Shown here: positions 13,918-29,101 of the stretch, one piece after another | Numbering within the stretch: position 1 is the first letter of the stretch | How the letters are laid out: the number at the start of each line of letters is the position of its first letter | NCBI RefSeq assembly: GCF_035084215.1 | Contig: NC_090357.1 | Coordinates: forward strand, 11,904,001 to 11,968,000 | Length of the DNA: 64,000 nucleotides | Reading direction: 5' to 3' | DNA from: Heptranchias perlo | Taxonomy: Eukaryota | The notes under the pieces: generated by a model | The model's database searches: none | The model's input: the letters and a program-made list of their open reading frames with translations, nothing else | Told to the model about the DNA's origin: nothing | Program-made: the position numbers and the translations under genes

Positions 13918-14350
13918 TCAGTTGGTAGCACGTTCGTCTCTAAGTCAGAAGATTGTGGTTTCAGGTCCCACACCAGAGACTTGAGCACAAAATCCAGGCT
14001 GACACTCCAGTGCGGTACTTAGGAAATGCTGCACTGTCAGAGGTGCCGTTTCATGGATGAGACGTTAAACAGAGGCCCTTTCTGCCCTCTCAGGTGGACG
14101 AAAAACATCCCATGGCACTATTTTGAAGAGCAGTGGAGTTCCCCAGCAACCTGACCAATATTTATCTCTCAACCAACATCACTAAGATTATCACATTGCT
14201 GCTTGTGGGACCTTGCCGTGTGCTAATTGACTACTGTGTTTCCTACATTACAACAGTGACTACACTTCAAAAAGTACTTCATTTGCTGTAAAGCGCTCTG
14301 GGACGCCCTGAGGTCGTGAAACGTGCTATATAAATGCAAGTCTTTCTTTT
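13918..14350 (+). mobile_element. Deu-domain SINE (SacSINE1/AmnSINE1-like), near full length
   Basis: tRNA-like head (ggtagcac...gtcagaag...ggtttcaggtccca); Deu core (gaggtgccgttt...gatgagacgttaaac...ctctcaggtggacg...atcccatggcactatt); L2-like tail gctatataaatgcaagtctttc. Family recognised from memory. Confidence 0.8.
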
Positions 14351-14867
14351 TCTTTTCTATCCATATTGAATTTTTTGTCATTGTTCTTCCTACTTACAGA
14401 TTTTGTATGTCCAAAGATGGTGCTGAATCATTTTCAGGTAAATTCTTCAGACATCTCAAGTACACTTAAATAACATCTATATAAAATCATGAGTAAATGG
14501 CATGATATTTGTGAGATGTGAGGAAACATTTAGATACTGAAAATTCAATACATGAGAAAAAAAGGTTTGGCAAACATCAGTGCATAAAAGGATCCTTTTA
14601 AATTACTGCACACCTGTAACAATGACCTGCAATGTGGCTTTTTATTTTATACATGAAAAGTTTAGAATAATTTCCTCACTTTAAATAAATGTATTAGCTT
14701 ATTGTGTCATAAATACTGTAACGTGTACTATCCCTTACCACTTACTTCCTCTTCATTTGGACTGATCACTGAGAACGAGTGTTATGAATAATTAGCATAA
14801 AGTATGCTTTAATTTTGCTGCGTGCTTAGACTTAAGTAATGGCCCACGAGATCGAAAGGTAACACTA

Positions 14868-15070
14868 AATCAAAAGCAAAATACGACGGATGCTGGAAAT
14901 ATGAAATAAAAACAAAAAAGTGCTGGAGAAGCTCAGCAAGTCAGGCAGCATCTGTGGAGAAAGAAACAGAGTTCACGTTTCAGGTCGAAGACCTTTCGTC
15001 AGAAGTCTTGTTTCTTTCTCCACAGATGCTGCCTCACTTGCTGAGCTTCTCCAGCATTTTCTGATTTTCT
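14868..15070. mobile_element. Small fold-back (inverted-repeat) element enclosing a degenerate hammerhead motif, probably Penelope-derived
   Basis: 48-bp arms 14921..14968 and 15009..15056 with one mismatch; minus strand of the loop reads CTGACGA-A-AGGTC-TTC-GACCT-GAAA-CGTG. Confidence 0.75.
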
Positions 15071-15499
15071 TATCGAAAGGTTGACAATTAGCTTTCTTCC
15101 AGAATTTCTATGTTTATATATCTTGCTGCATTGGCCCGCATACCTGAGGTATCTCAAGTGTTCGCTTGAAAATTATGCAGCCAAAATATTTGCCAAACCA
15201 TACACAATGGTTTAATGGAAATGGATTCAAAATCCAAACACTACATTTTTTTTCCCCCAATTCTTTTTTTTTTCATTGTGTGCTGATCAAAAGATGGAAG
15301 AAAATACTCTGGATAATAAACAGTGAAGGTTTGCTCACAAGTTGCTCGTGGATAATAACTACTATTTCTCCTGATCCAGGTAATTCCAGGAAGCTAAAGG
15401 GCTCCACCATCTCCCATCCCCCACCAGCAACCAACCGAAGAAAAATCCCCCTTTGAACCTTTGCCAGGAAGCAGCTCTCGGTTCCCGCCACCCGCCCGT

Positions 15500-15595
15500 G
15501 ACGCGTCCAATTGAAAAGGCAGATGACGTAACACGCTTTCTAGAACTTTCTGCCGAGGTATAAAAGCTCCGGGCGGGCGCGGCCCGGCCTCATTG
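15500..15595 (+). promoter_or_regulatory. HSPA8 copy 2 core promoter: CCAAT, CRE/ATF, perfect heat-shock element, TATA, Inr
   Basis: CCAAT 15507..15511; TGACGTAA 15524..15531; tTTCt-aGAAc-tTTCt 15537..15551; TATAAAA 15559..15565; Inr-like CTCATTG 15589..15595; CpG-rich. Confidence 0.9.
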
Positions 15596-15666
15596 CGGCG
15601 CTGCGGACATCGCCAACAGCTCTCTGTGTGGAACAGAATCCTCCAGACTGACGCATTAATCACAGG
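15592..15666 (+). other. HSPA8: Non-coding exon 1 of HSPA8 copy 2
   Basis: Starts at the Inr about 30 nt after TATA and ends at donor CAGG|GTAAAG (15666/15667); vertebrate HSPA8 has a non-coding first exon. Confidence 0.7.
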
Positions 15667-16811
15667 GTAAAGTATCAACTCAACAATTTGGTCCATTGCG
15701 CAGCACGGAGTTTTTAAAAAAAATTTCCTTGCCATCCTTTTTTTTCCCTCCTATTTCGTTGCCTCTTTTCAGAGTAAATTTGAGGCCTTGCTTCGGGTGC
15801 TGAAGTGGATTTTTTTTTTTTGCGTTTTTTCCTCCAACGGCCGTGTTCATTTGGAAGTTTGCCGCTGTTTATTCGGGTATTTTGTCTCTTTATCCGCCGC
15901 AGGTCGATGTGCGAGTGCTGGTAATTTCTCGTTGACCGAGCGATTTTTTTTTGTTCTCTTTCCCCCCCCCCCCCCGCCTCGAACTTTCGCTGGAAATGGC
16001 TCCTATTATCTGCAAAGTGGAGGTTCCGGCTTGCGTGCCGATCCCATGCGGGTGGACAGAACCCTGATTCAGATCGATTGACCTTCTGAAATGTTCGTTA
16101 AAACTATTTCACACGAGGAATAGCCCGTACTTTTCGAAGTCCTTCTTAAGGGAAGGAGAGGGTGGGGTGATGCAGGAAGCTTAAAGGCCTTGATTTCCTG
16201 CAAGTAGGACCAGGTCTCCTCGAAACTGAAACCCAACCGCCTGGTCGGCAAAAGCTGACTTCTCAGCAAAATTACTGCAGTTCATTCGGACTTTTTTTTT
16301 TGTTCCAAATGTGACTCCGTACCGTTTGATCCCTTGGTACAAGTGATCACGTGTTGCCTTCAGCCACGTGTTTGTGGGGTGAAGAGAAAGTTGAACGTCC
16401 AAGGTGACTAAAGTCTGAACTTTCTCGACTGCGAAAGCAACTTCATTTTATTTTTCCAATTTTTGATCCTAATGGATTATTTATAGCAAAAGTGCCTTCA
16501 GATTTAAAACTGCATGACTTAAGTAGCAGTTTAAACCAATAATGTAAACGCTAGAGGAAACTTAGAGGTGTAGCTGCTGATTTATCTATTCTTGTTGCAA
16601 CATGAATTACTAACTTGTGAAATAATTACTCAATGGATGTATTGTGCAATCCTGATCATACAGCTGAATTTAGAGAACTAAGTCATTTTGGTGAAAACAC
16701 TTATCAATTTGGATGGTGATTAGTGACTTTATGGACAATTATACATTAATTATCATTGGTTCTGAAACATTTTATAAAGAATTAAACAAAGTTTTATTTC
16801 TTACAGGTAAC

Positions 16812-20982
<4,171 letters not shown>

Positions 20983-21057
20983 AGTGCACAGCATGTCTAT
21001 TGGTCATGAGGGAGTGGTTGGCTAGGATTGGCTAATAAGTGCACTTAAAATCTGTCC

Positions 21058-21159
21058 AATAAACTGAAATAAGATCTAAGGAACTGACTTTGGTAAAGTT
21101 TTGGATGATGCACTTGAGTATTCATTCTATTGATGTTCATGTCAGTCTCTATGAATAAA
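21058..21159 (+). terminator. Two polyadenylation signals of HSPA8 copy 2
   Basis: AATAAA at 21058..21063 and 21154..21159. Confidence 0.65.
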
Positions 21160-21527
21160 ACCTATGACCAGAACTTGCCATGTTTGTGCCTTTCTTGCAT
21201 AAAAAATTTGAGTTTGAATTAATTCAGCTAACTTGGCTAGATGCAGATGGTTGATCCTGTTCCCTGCTTAAACTGGTCATACAAAAACAAGTGTCTACAA
21301 CATCACATCAGTTGAAAGTGTACATAGACTTGGTGTTTCAGTCAACAAGCAGCAAATAGTAAAACCACTTAATGAATAACCAACTTTTTAAATCACCTTT
21401 CTCATCTAGTCAACAGTACTTGACATGCAAACAAAATAAACTGCAAGGTGTTGGAAATCTGAGAAGGATTAGAAATGGGTTAGTGTTAAATCTTCAGGAT
21501 GTTGACCTGAAATGTTAAGTTTCACTC

Positions 21528-21825
21528 AGTCAGCTGTGGCTCAGCAGTAAGTAGCATTCTTGAATCAGATTGTAGGTTCACTTGAGCACATAATCTAGGC
21601 TGCCCACTACTGTGTTGTCTCAAGTGAGATGAGAAACCACTAATCTTCCCTCTAGTGGATGTAAAAGATGGCACTATTCAGGAGTTCTCCCTGGTCTTTA
21701 CTAATATTTATCCCTCAACAAACATCACCTAAATTATCACATTGCTGTTTGTGGGACCATACTGATTGCAAATTGGCTGATGTATTTCCTATGTAGACTA
21801 TACTTGAGTACTTAATTGGTTATTG
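21528..21825 (+). mobile_element. Decayed Deu-type SINE
   Basis: Colinear with 13918..14350 (cttgagcacataatctaggctg, gtggatgtaaaagatggcactatt, attatcacattgctgtttgtgggacc). Confidence 0.7.
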
Positions 21826-21867
21826 ACTGGGCCTTCCTGAAGTGAAATATGAATTTTTTTGTTTCAC

Positions 21868-22002
21868 TCCTTGGGATTTAAAGGAATAGGTTATGCTGAT
21901 AGGGTTAGATGAAAAGCAGTGGGAGGAGATTAGAACATAACACCAAATTGCATAGATCAGTTGGAACAAATGGCTTGTTTCTATGCAGTACATTCTATGT
22001 AA
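21868..22002 (+). mobile_element. CR1 3' UTR fragment
   Basis: Matches the tail of the CR1 at 50800..50925 (atgctgatagggttagatga...tacattctatgtaa). Confidence 0.65.
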
Positions 22003-22905
22003 AGTAAGATACTGTAACCATGGTTCAAATGCCATTGGATGTTCTCCCTTTGATTTTACTTAACATGACAATAAGCTGTTTGGCCCAAGTAGGCTCTGAT
22101 TATCCATGCATGATGGCCTAATCGTATATATCCACCCTGTTCTCCCTTACAGGCTCCTATCTAACCCAGTACTTAATAGTGACAGTCTGCTTCGATCATA
22201 ACTTTAGTAGTGCACTCAACTTCCGAATCCTCTTAAGTTGTTGCTCCTACACATTTCTACGTTAACATTTAATCTAGATATGACCCCTTACCACTGGAAA
22301 TCTGTTTCTATCTACTCTGGCCCTTGGGTTTTTTTAAACGCTTGAATCGAATCACCTCTGGTTTTCATTACAACAATCAAGTCTTTTTCCGTGCTGCGCT
22401 CCAATCTGCCTCCTATTGCCACCATGGATGCAGTCTGTGTGCAGCTGGGGATCTGCAGATTTCAAAGCAGCTGTCCACTTAAAAAAAAATCATTCTCAGG
22501 ATAAGGGTGTTGCTGGCAAGGCCAGCATTTACTGCTCATCCCCAGTTGCCTTCGAAGGTGGTGGTGAGACTTTTCATTGGAGCTCTGTCCTGGGTGGTGT
22601 CGAGCTTCTTAAGTGGCGCAGTTGCACCCATCTAGGCAAGTGGTGAGTATTCCATCACACTCTTGACTTGTGCCATGTAGTTAATAGAGAGGCTTTAGGG
22701 AGTCAGGAGGTGAATCATTTGCTGCAGAATGCCCTGCTGTAGTAACCATCGCATTTATGTAGCTGGTCCTGTTGAGTTTCTGATCAATGGCAACCCCCAG
22801 GATGTTGATGGTGGGTGAGTAGGCAATGGTGCTGCTATTGAATGTCAAACAGAGGTGGTTGGACTACCTTGTTCGAGATAGTCATTGTGTGGCATAAATG
22901 TTACT

Positions 22906-23471
22906 TGTAAGCAATCTTACAACACCAAGTTATAGTCCCAACAGTTTTATTTGAAAATCACAAGCTTTTGGAGCTTACCTCCTTCGTCAGGTGAGTGAGG
23001 TTCTAAAATCGCACAGCATATATTGGGCTGGGAGACAGTCACAGCAATCAAAGGTGCCATTGGTGTTCAGACAGGTTAGCCACGGAAAACATTATATCCC
23101 AGTATACTGAATACACAATGGCTCAGATTACACAGACAAAGAGAAAGAGAATGTCCAGTTGTATTAAAAACAGATAACCCCACCAGTGGGGAAAAAAAAG
23201 TTATCTGTTTTTAATACAACTGGACATTCTCTCTGCCTTTCGGGTCTCTTTTTTTCTCTCTTTGTCTGTGTAATCTGACCCATTGTGTATTCAGTATACT
23301 GGGATGTAATGTTTTCCGTGGCGAACCTGTCTGAACACCAATGGCACCTTTGATTGCTGTGACCGTCTCCCAGCCTAATATATGCTGTGCGATTTTAGAA
23401 CCTCACTCACCTGACGAAGGAGGTAAGCTTCAAAAGCTTGTGATTTTCAAATAAAACTGTTGCACTATAAT
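22906..23471. mobile_element. Penelope-pLTR-derived fold-back element with about 250-bp inverted arms, a hammerhead-like motif in each arm
   Basis: Left arm 22930..23178 and right arm 23200..23471 are near-perfect reverse complements apart from one indel, centred on ccccaccagtgggg. Arms are homologous to the Penelope 3' region 33853..34222. Confidence 0.9.
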
Positions 23472-23480
23472 TATTTTAAT

Positions 23481-26400
23481 TAAATTCAATTAATTAAAAT
23501 AAAAATCTGGAATTAAAATACTAGTATCAGTAATGATGGCCATGAAACTACCGGATTGTCGTAAAAACCCATCTGGTTCACTAATGTCCTTTAGGGAAGG
23601 AAGCCTGTCGCCCTTACCCGGTCTGGCCTATATGTGACTTCAGACCCACAGCAATGTGGTTGATTCTTAATTGCCCTCTGAAATGGCCTAGCAAGCCACT
23701 CAGTTGTAAAATCTCGCTACGAAAAGTCATAAGAATAAAACCGGACGGACCACAAGGCACCGGACACGACAACGGCAAAACACCAAGCCCAGTCGACCCT
23801 CCAAGGTCCTCCTTACTAACATCTGGGGACTTGTGCCAAAATTGGGAGAGCTGTCCCACAGACTAGTCAAGCAACAGCCTGACATAGCCATACTCACAGA
23901 ATCATATCTTTCAGCCAACGTCCCAGACTCTTCCATCACCATCCCTGGGTATGTCCTGTCCCACCGGCAGGACAGACCCACCAGAGGTGGCGGTACAGTG
24001 ATATACAGTCAGGAGGGAGTGGCCCTGGGAGTCCTCAACATTGACTCTGGACCCCATGAAGTCTCATGGCATCAGGTCAAACATGGGCAAGGAAACCTCC
24101 TGCTGATTACCACCTACCGTCCTCCCTCAGCTGATGAATCAGTCCTCCTCCATGTTGAACACCACTTGGAGGAAGCACTGAGGGTAGCAAGGGCACAAAA
24201 TGTACTCTGGGTGGGGGACTTCAATGTCCATCACCAAGAGTGGCTCGGTAGCACCACTACTGACCGAGCTGGCCGAGTCCTGAAGGACATAGCTGCTAGA
24301 CTGGGTCTGCGGCAGGTGGTGAGCGAACCAACACGAGGGAAAAACTTACTTGACCTCATCCTCACCAATCTACCTGTCGCAAATGCATCTGTCCATGACA
24401 GTATTGGTAGGTGTGACCACCGCACAGTCCTCGTGGAGATGAAATCCCGTCTTCGCACTGAGGACACCATCCAACGTGTTGTGTGGCACTACCACCGTGC
24501 TAAATGGGATAGATTCAGAACAGATCTAGCAGCTCAAAACTGGGCATCCATGAGGCGCTGTGGGCCATCAGCAGCAGCAGAATTGTATTCCAGCACAATC
24601 TGTAACCTCATGGCCCGGCATATTCCTCACTCTACCATTACCAACAAGCCAGGGGATCAACCCTGGTTCAATGAGGAGTGTAGAAGAGCATGCCAGGAGC
24701 AGCACCAGGCGTACCTAAAAATGAGGTGCCAACTTGGTGAAGCTACAACTCAGGACTACATGCATGCTAAACAGCGGAAGCAACATGCAATAGACAGAGC
24801 TAAGCGATTCCACAACTAACGGATCAGATCAAAGCTCTGCAGTCCTGCCACATCCAGTCGTGAATGGTGGTGGACAATTAAACAACTAACGGGAGGAGGA
24901 GGCTCTGCAAACATCCCCATTCTCAATGATGGCGGAGTCCAGCACGTGAGTGCAAAAGACAAGGCTGAAGCGTTTGCAACCATCTTCAGCCAGAAGTGCC
25001 GAGTGGATAATCCATCTCAGCCTCCTCCCGATATCCCCACCATCACGGAAGCCAGTCTTCGGCCAATTCGATTCACTCCACGTGATATCAAGAAACGGCT
25101 GAGTGCACTGGATACAGCAAAGGCTATGGGTCCCGACAACATCCCAGCTGTAGTGCTGAAGACTTGTGCTCCAGAACTAGCTGCGCCTCTAGCCAAGCTG
25201 TTCCAGTACAGCTACAACACTGGCATCCACCCGACAATGTCGAAAATTGCCCAGGTATGTCCTGTCCACAAAAAAAAGCAGGACAAATCCAATCCGGCCA
25301 ATTACCGCCCCATCAGTCTACTCTCAATCATCAGCAAAGTGATGGAAGGTGTTGTCGACAGTGCTATCAAGCAGCACTTACTCACCAATAAACTGCTCAC
25401 CGATGCTCAGTTTGGGTTCCGCCAGGACCACTCGGCTCCAGACCTCATTACAGCCTTGGTCCAAACATGGACAAAAGAGATGAATTCCAGAGGTGAGGTG
25501 AGAGTGACTGCCCTTGACATCAAGGCAGCATTTGACCGAGTGTGGCACCAAGGAGCCCAAGTAAAATTGAAGTCAATGGGAATCAGGGGGAAAACTCTCC
25601 AGTGGCTGGAGTCAAACCTGGCACAAAGGAAGATGGTAGTGGTTGTTGGAGGCCAGTCATCTCAGCCCCAGGGCATTGCTGCAGGAGTTCCTCAGGGCAG
25701 TGTCCTTGGCCCAAACATCTTCAGCTGCTTCATCAATGACCTTCCCTCCATCATAAGGTCAGAAATGGGGATGTTCGCTGATGACTGCACAGTGTTCAGT
25801 TCCATTCGCAACCCCTCAGATAATGAAGCAGTCCGAGCCTGCATGCAGCAAGACCTGGACAACATCCAGGCTTGGGCTCATAAGTGGCAAGTAACATTCG
25901 TGCCAGATAAGTGCCAGGCAATGACCATCTCCAACAAGAGAGAGTCTAACCACCTCCCCTTGACATTCAACGGCATTACCATCGCCGAATCCCCCACCAT
26001 CAACATCCTGGGGGTCACCATTGACCAGAAACTTATCTGGACCAGCCATATAAATACTGTGGCTACGAGAGCAGGTCAGAGGCTGGGTATTCTGCGGCGA
26101 GTGACTCACCTCCTGACTCACCAAAGCCTTTCCACCATCTACAAGGCACAAGTCAGGAGTGTGATGGAATACTCTCCACTTGCCTGGATGAGTGCAGCTC
26201 CAACAACACTCAAGAAGCTCGACACCATCCAAGATAAAGCAGCCCGCTTGATTGGCACCCCATCCACCACTGTGGCTGCAGTGTGCACCATCCACAGGAT
26301 GCACTGCAGCAACTCGCCAAGGCTTCTTCGACAGCACCTCCCAAACCCGCGACCTCTACCACCTAGAAGGACAAGGGCAGCAGGCGCATGGGAACAACAC

Positions 26401-26647
26401 CACCTGCACGTTCCCCTCCAAGTCACACACCATCCCGACTTGGAAATATATCGCCGTTCCTTCATTGTCGCTGGGTCAAAATCCTGGAACTCCCTTCCTA
26501 ACAGCATTGTGGGAGAATCGTCACCACACGGACTGCAGCGGTTCAAGAAGGCGGCTCACCACCACCTTCTCGAGGGCAATTAGGGATGGGCAATAAATGC
26601 CGGCCTTGCCAGCGACGCCCACATCCCGGGAACGAATAAAAAAAAAA
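23481..26647 (+). mobile_element. Near full-length young single-ORF non-LTR retrotransposon (APE endonuclease + RT; CR1/Zenon-like), with poly(A) tail
   Basis: One frame from about 23710 to 26583, broken only by TAA 24817..24819. APE motifs LLTNIWGL, ILTESYL, YRPP, VGDFN, LDLIL, CDH. RT motifs [47 protein letters not shown]. Poly(A) ends at 26647. Confidence 0.95.
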
Positions 26648-26999
26648 CATTTATCCACTCCAGTCCATCACCGGCATCTCCACATCATAAATATTACTTG
26701 TCACTTAACCGCCCAAGCGTGAATGTTGTCAATGTCTTGCTGCATGTGGGTATGGACTACTTCATTATCAGGAATTGCGAATGGAGCTGAACACTGCAAT
26801 CATCAGCAAACAGCCCCACTTCTGATTTAATGATGGCAGAAAGGTCATTGATGAAGCATCTGAGAGATAGTTGGGCCTTGGACGTTGCCATGAGGAACTC
26901 CTGCAGCGATGTCCTGGGACTGAGATAACATGCTGGATTGTTGCCAGCAAGCAAGTTAAGCTTCCATAATGTCACAAAGGATAGCTAAAGACTTGACAG

Positions 27000-28800
27000 A
27001 CACACCTGTCAGTTGCAGCATACCCTGGGAGACAGTTTGCACATAGGTATAATGTTCTTCAAACAACCTTTTATCAGGATGAGTCACCCTGATTTCTGGG
27101 GCCCACTCCAAAGCCGTAAGTAGCCTCCTCTTAGAAGAAGGCACATCTTCGCGCACTACCCACGACTCCAGGTGAATCATCCAGTGCTAATAATTCACTA
27201 CCAGTATCTAATTTGTGCCCTGGGGAAAATATCTCAGCTGGTATTTGGGAGAGAGGAAGCAAGTGCTGCAGGTGATAAGTTGGTGCAGGTTGGGGCAGAG
27301 GAAGACGGGCTAGGATGAAGCAGCTTGAAATGGTGAGCGAGCTGGCCCTCATCTTCTGCCTTATCATCATACGATACGAGGAATAATAAACTCCTCAGGT
27401 CCCCTTGAACACCATTTTCCTTCAGCTGTGCCTCCTGTTGCTGTGGTGGATTTGCAAGAAAGGATGGCAGACGGTAAGAATGGGTGAGCATTGTCCCCTT
27501 AGTATTAGAGAAAGGTGATGGAATGTTGTGCGTCTATAGTGCGTCACAAGGTTGCTTGGTCCATAGTGTGGATGTTCAACTGCTAACCTGGTACCAGCAA
27601 GATGCCAGTAACCTCACCATCTGCCACGGCAATGGCCGAGTCATTGCCAATGAGCTGCATGGCGTTATCCTCGAAGGGGGGAAGAGTTTAAAGGTGACGA
27701 TGCCCCCACTAGTGGCCTGCCTTTGGCTGGCATTGTGTGCCAATTTCTCCTGCAAACGTAAGTAAATGTCGCTAAAGTTCGCAGGTGCCAAGTGGCATGG
27801 GAGGTGAACTAAGAGATGTGGGGTATGAGTGTTAAACTGGGGGAAGGGGGTTTTTGGTTATGCAAGGGGAGCCTGTAGTCATAGTGCAGGATAGGGAGTT
27901 AGAGCCGCCCTTAACCTAAGTGCACTGTGAAGGCTAAGATGTGCATGTGTTGTTTTAGAGGATAAAGAGTGTGATGGTGCTCAAAATGTGCAAGGAAGAA
28001 AGGGGAGAGCAGGTTAATTTTTGGGCCCTTGACTGGTCAGGTCATTGAACATTGTGCAGCACAGAACTACAGTGCCCGTACCACCTCCCTCCAGGCAGCA
28101 TAAGTGGCAGTTCTAGCAGGCTTGGTGGAAGGCAAACCCAGTAGTCTGTGCCTCCTGTATTGTTCTGGATGTAGCCCTGCCCTGCTGCCTCCTAGAGTGG
28201 TCATAATTCTGTGCAATAATTTGAGAGAAATAGAAGAGTGAAGAACTGTTGCTGTCTTAACTGCTGGTCTCGTTTGCACCCCCCTAGAATGCTGCTGAAG
28301 AGTGCAGGCTGACCAGTGTCTTTAAAGGCTGTGCAAAAATTTCCTTGTGGTTCAGCTGCTCACACCTGTTTTACACGGGTTTTACACCAAATGTAAGCCT
28401 CTACTTCTGAATGTCCAATCGTTTTAATTTTAAAATTTTGAACCCTACTGTGCTTCATTCCCGGACCCTCAATCCAACATTGTTCTCCACTCCTCGGCTC
28501 CCTCTGCTGTGCTCTATTCCATGTCATTTATTCCCCCTTATATTGCTTCCTACCTCCCTCCACTCTGCTTTGCTGCCCACTCCCCACTGTGCTCTGCATC
28601 TGTTTCCTTTTATGCTAGGCATCCTGCTCCTCTTGGGTTCACACGAAGGTAAATTAAAAAGAAAAAACGTACCCTTTTGTTCATGGCCTCCAGCGGTCCC
28701 TTTAAGGACCACTGGTTAGGCCGCAGCAAGAAAGACCTGAGCAGAACATGCCTGCCTCATGCTCCACTCAGCGCTGACCAATTTCTGAGAGTGATCCTTA
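27000..28800 (-). mobile_element. Decayed DNA-transposon-like remnant (possible Harbinger Myb/SANT-like ORF)
   Basis: Minus-strand peptides ...LLGLPSTKPARTATYAAWREVVRAL and ...MFNDLT resemble Myb/SANT-like domains of Harbinger elements; heavily disrupted. Confidence 0.35.
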
Positions 28801-28874
28801 AACAAACATTGGGCCCTTCATTCGCAGATGCAAGAGACCTAGCGCTTGTATAAGGGAGGAGAGCATAATTTCAC

Positions 28875-29065
28875 AAGTAAAGAAAAACTATATACATTTA
28901 TTTAGCACATTTCATATCTTCAAAATGTATCATATGAATTACATTTTGAAGTGTAGTTACTGTTGTTATGTCAGCAAAGGCAGCAGCCAATTTCCATACA
29001 GCAAGGTCCCACAAACACCAAATGAGATGAATGACCAGTTAATCTGTTTTGGCGGTGTTTGTTGT
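28875..29065 (-). mobile_element. Deu-type SINE 3' fragment
   Basis: Reverse complement of the SINE tail (ttttgaagtgtagttactgttg...gcagccaatt...cagcaaggtcccacaaac). Confidence 0.65.
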
Positions 29066-29101
29066 TGCCAGTATTTGGGAGATAAAATTATTTTACAACA
29101 G

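Larger units (their letters stand above)
22487..26935 (-). mobile_element. Old minus-strand copy of the same LINE family as 23481..26647, split into 22487..22908 and 26686..26935 by nested insertions
   Basis: Both pieces are reverse-complement matches to the young LINE (3' tail; CFINDL..IIKSEVGLFADDC). They join across duplicated cataaat[g/a]ttacttgt (22893..22908, 26686..26701). Confidence 0.8.

Noticed and set aside
13918-13985. tRNA-like sequences (also near 56000 and 21530)
   Set aside because: They are SINE heads followed by Deu core and tail; no intact cloverleaf.
22906-23471. Long inverted repeat as a DNA-transposon MITE or miRNA precursor
   Set aside because: The arms are homologous to the Penelope pLTR in this window and contain hammerhead motifs; too long for a pre-miRNA.
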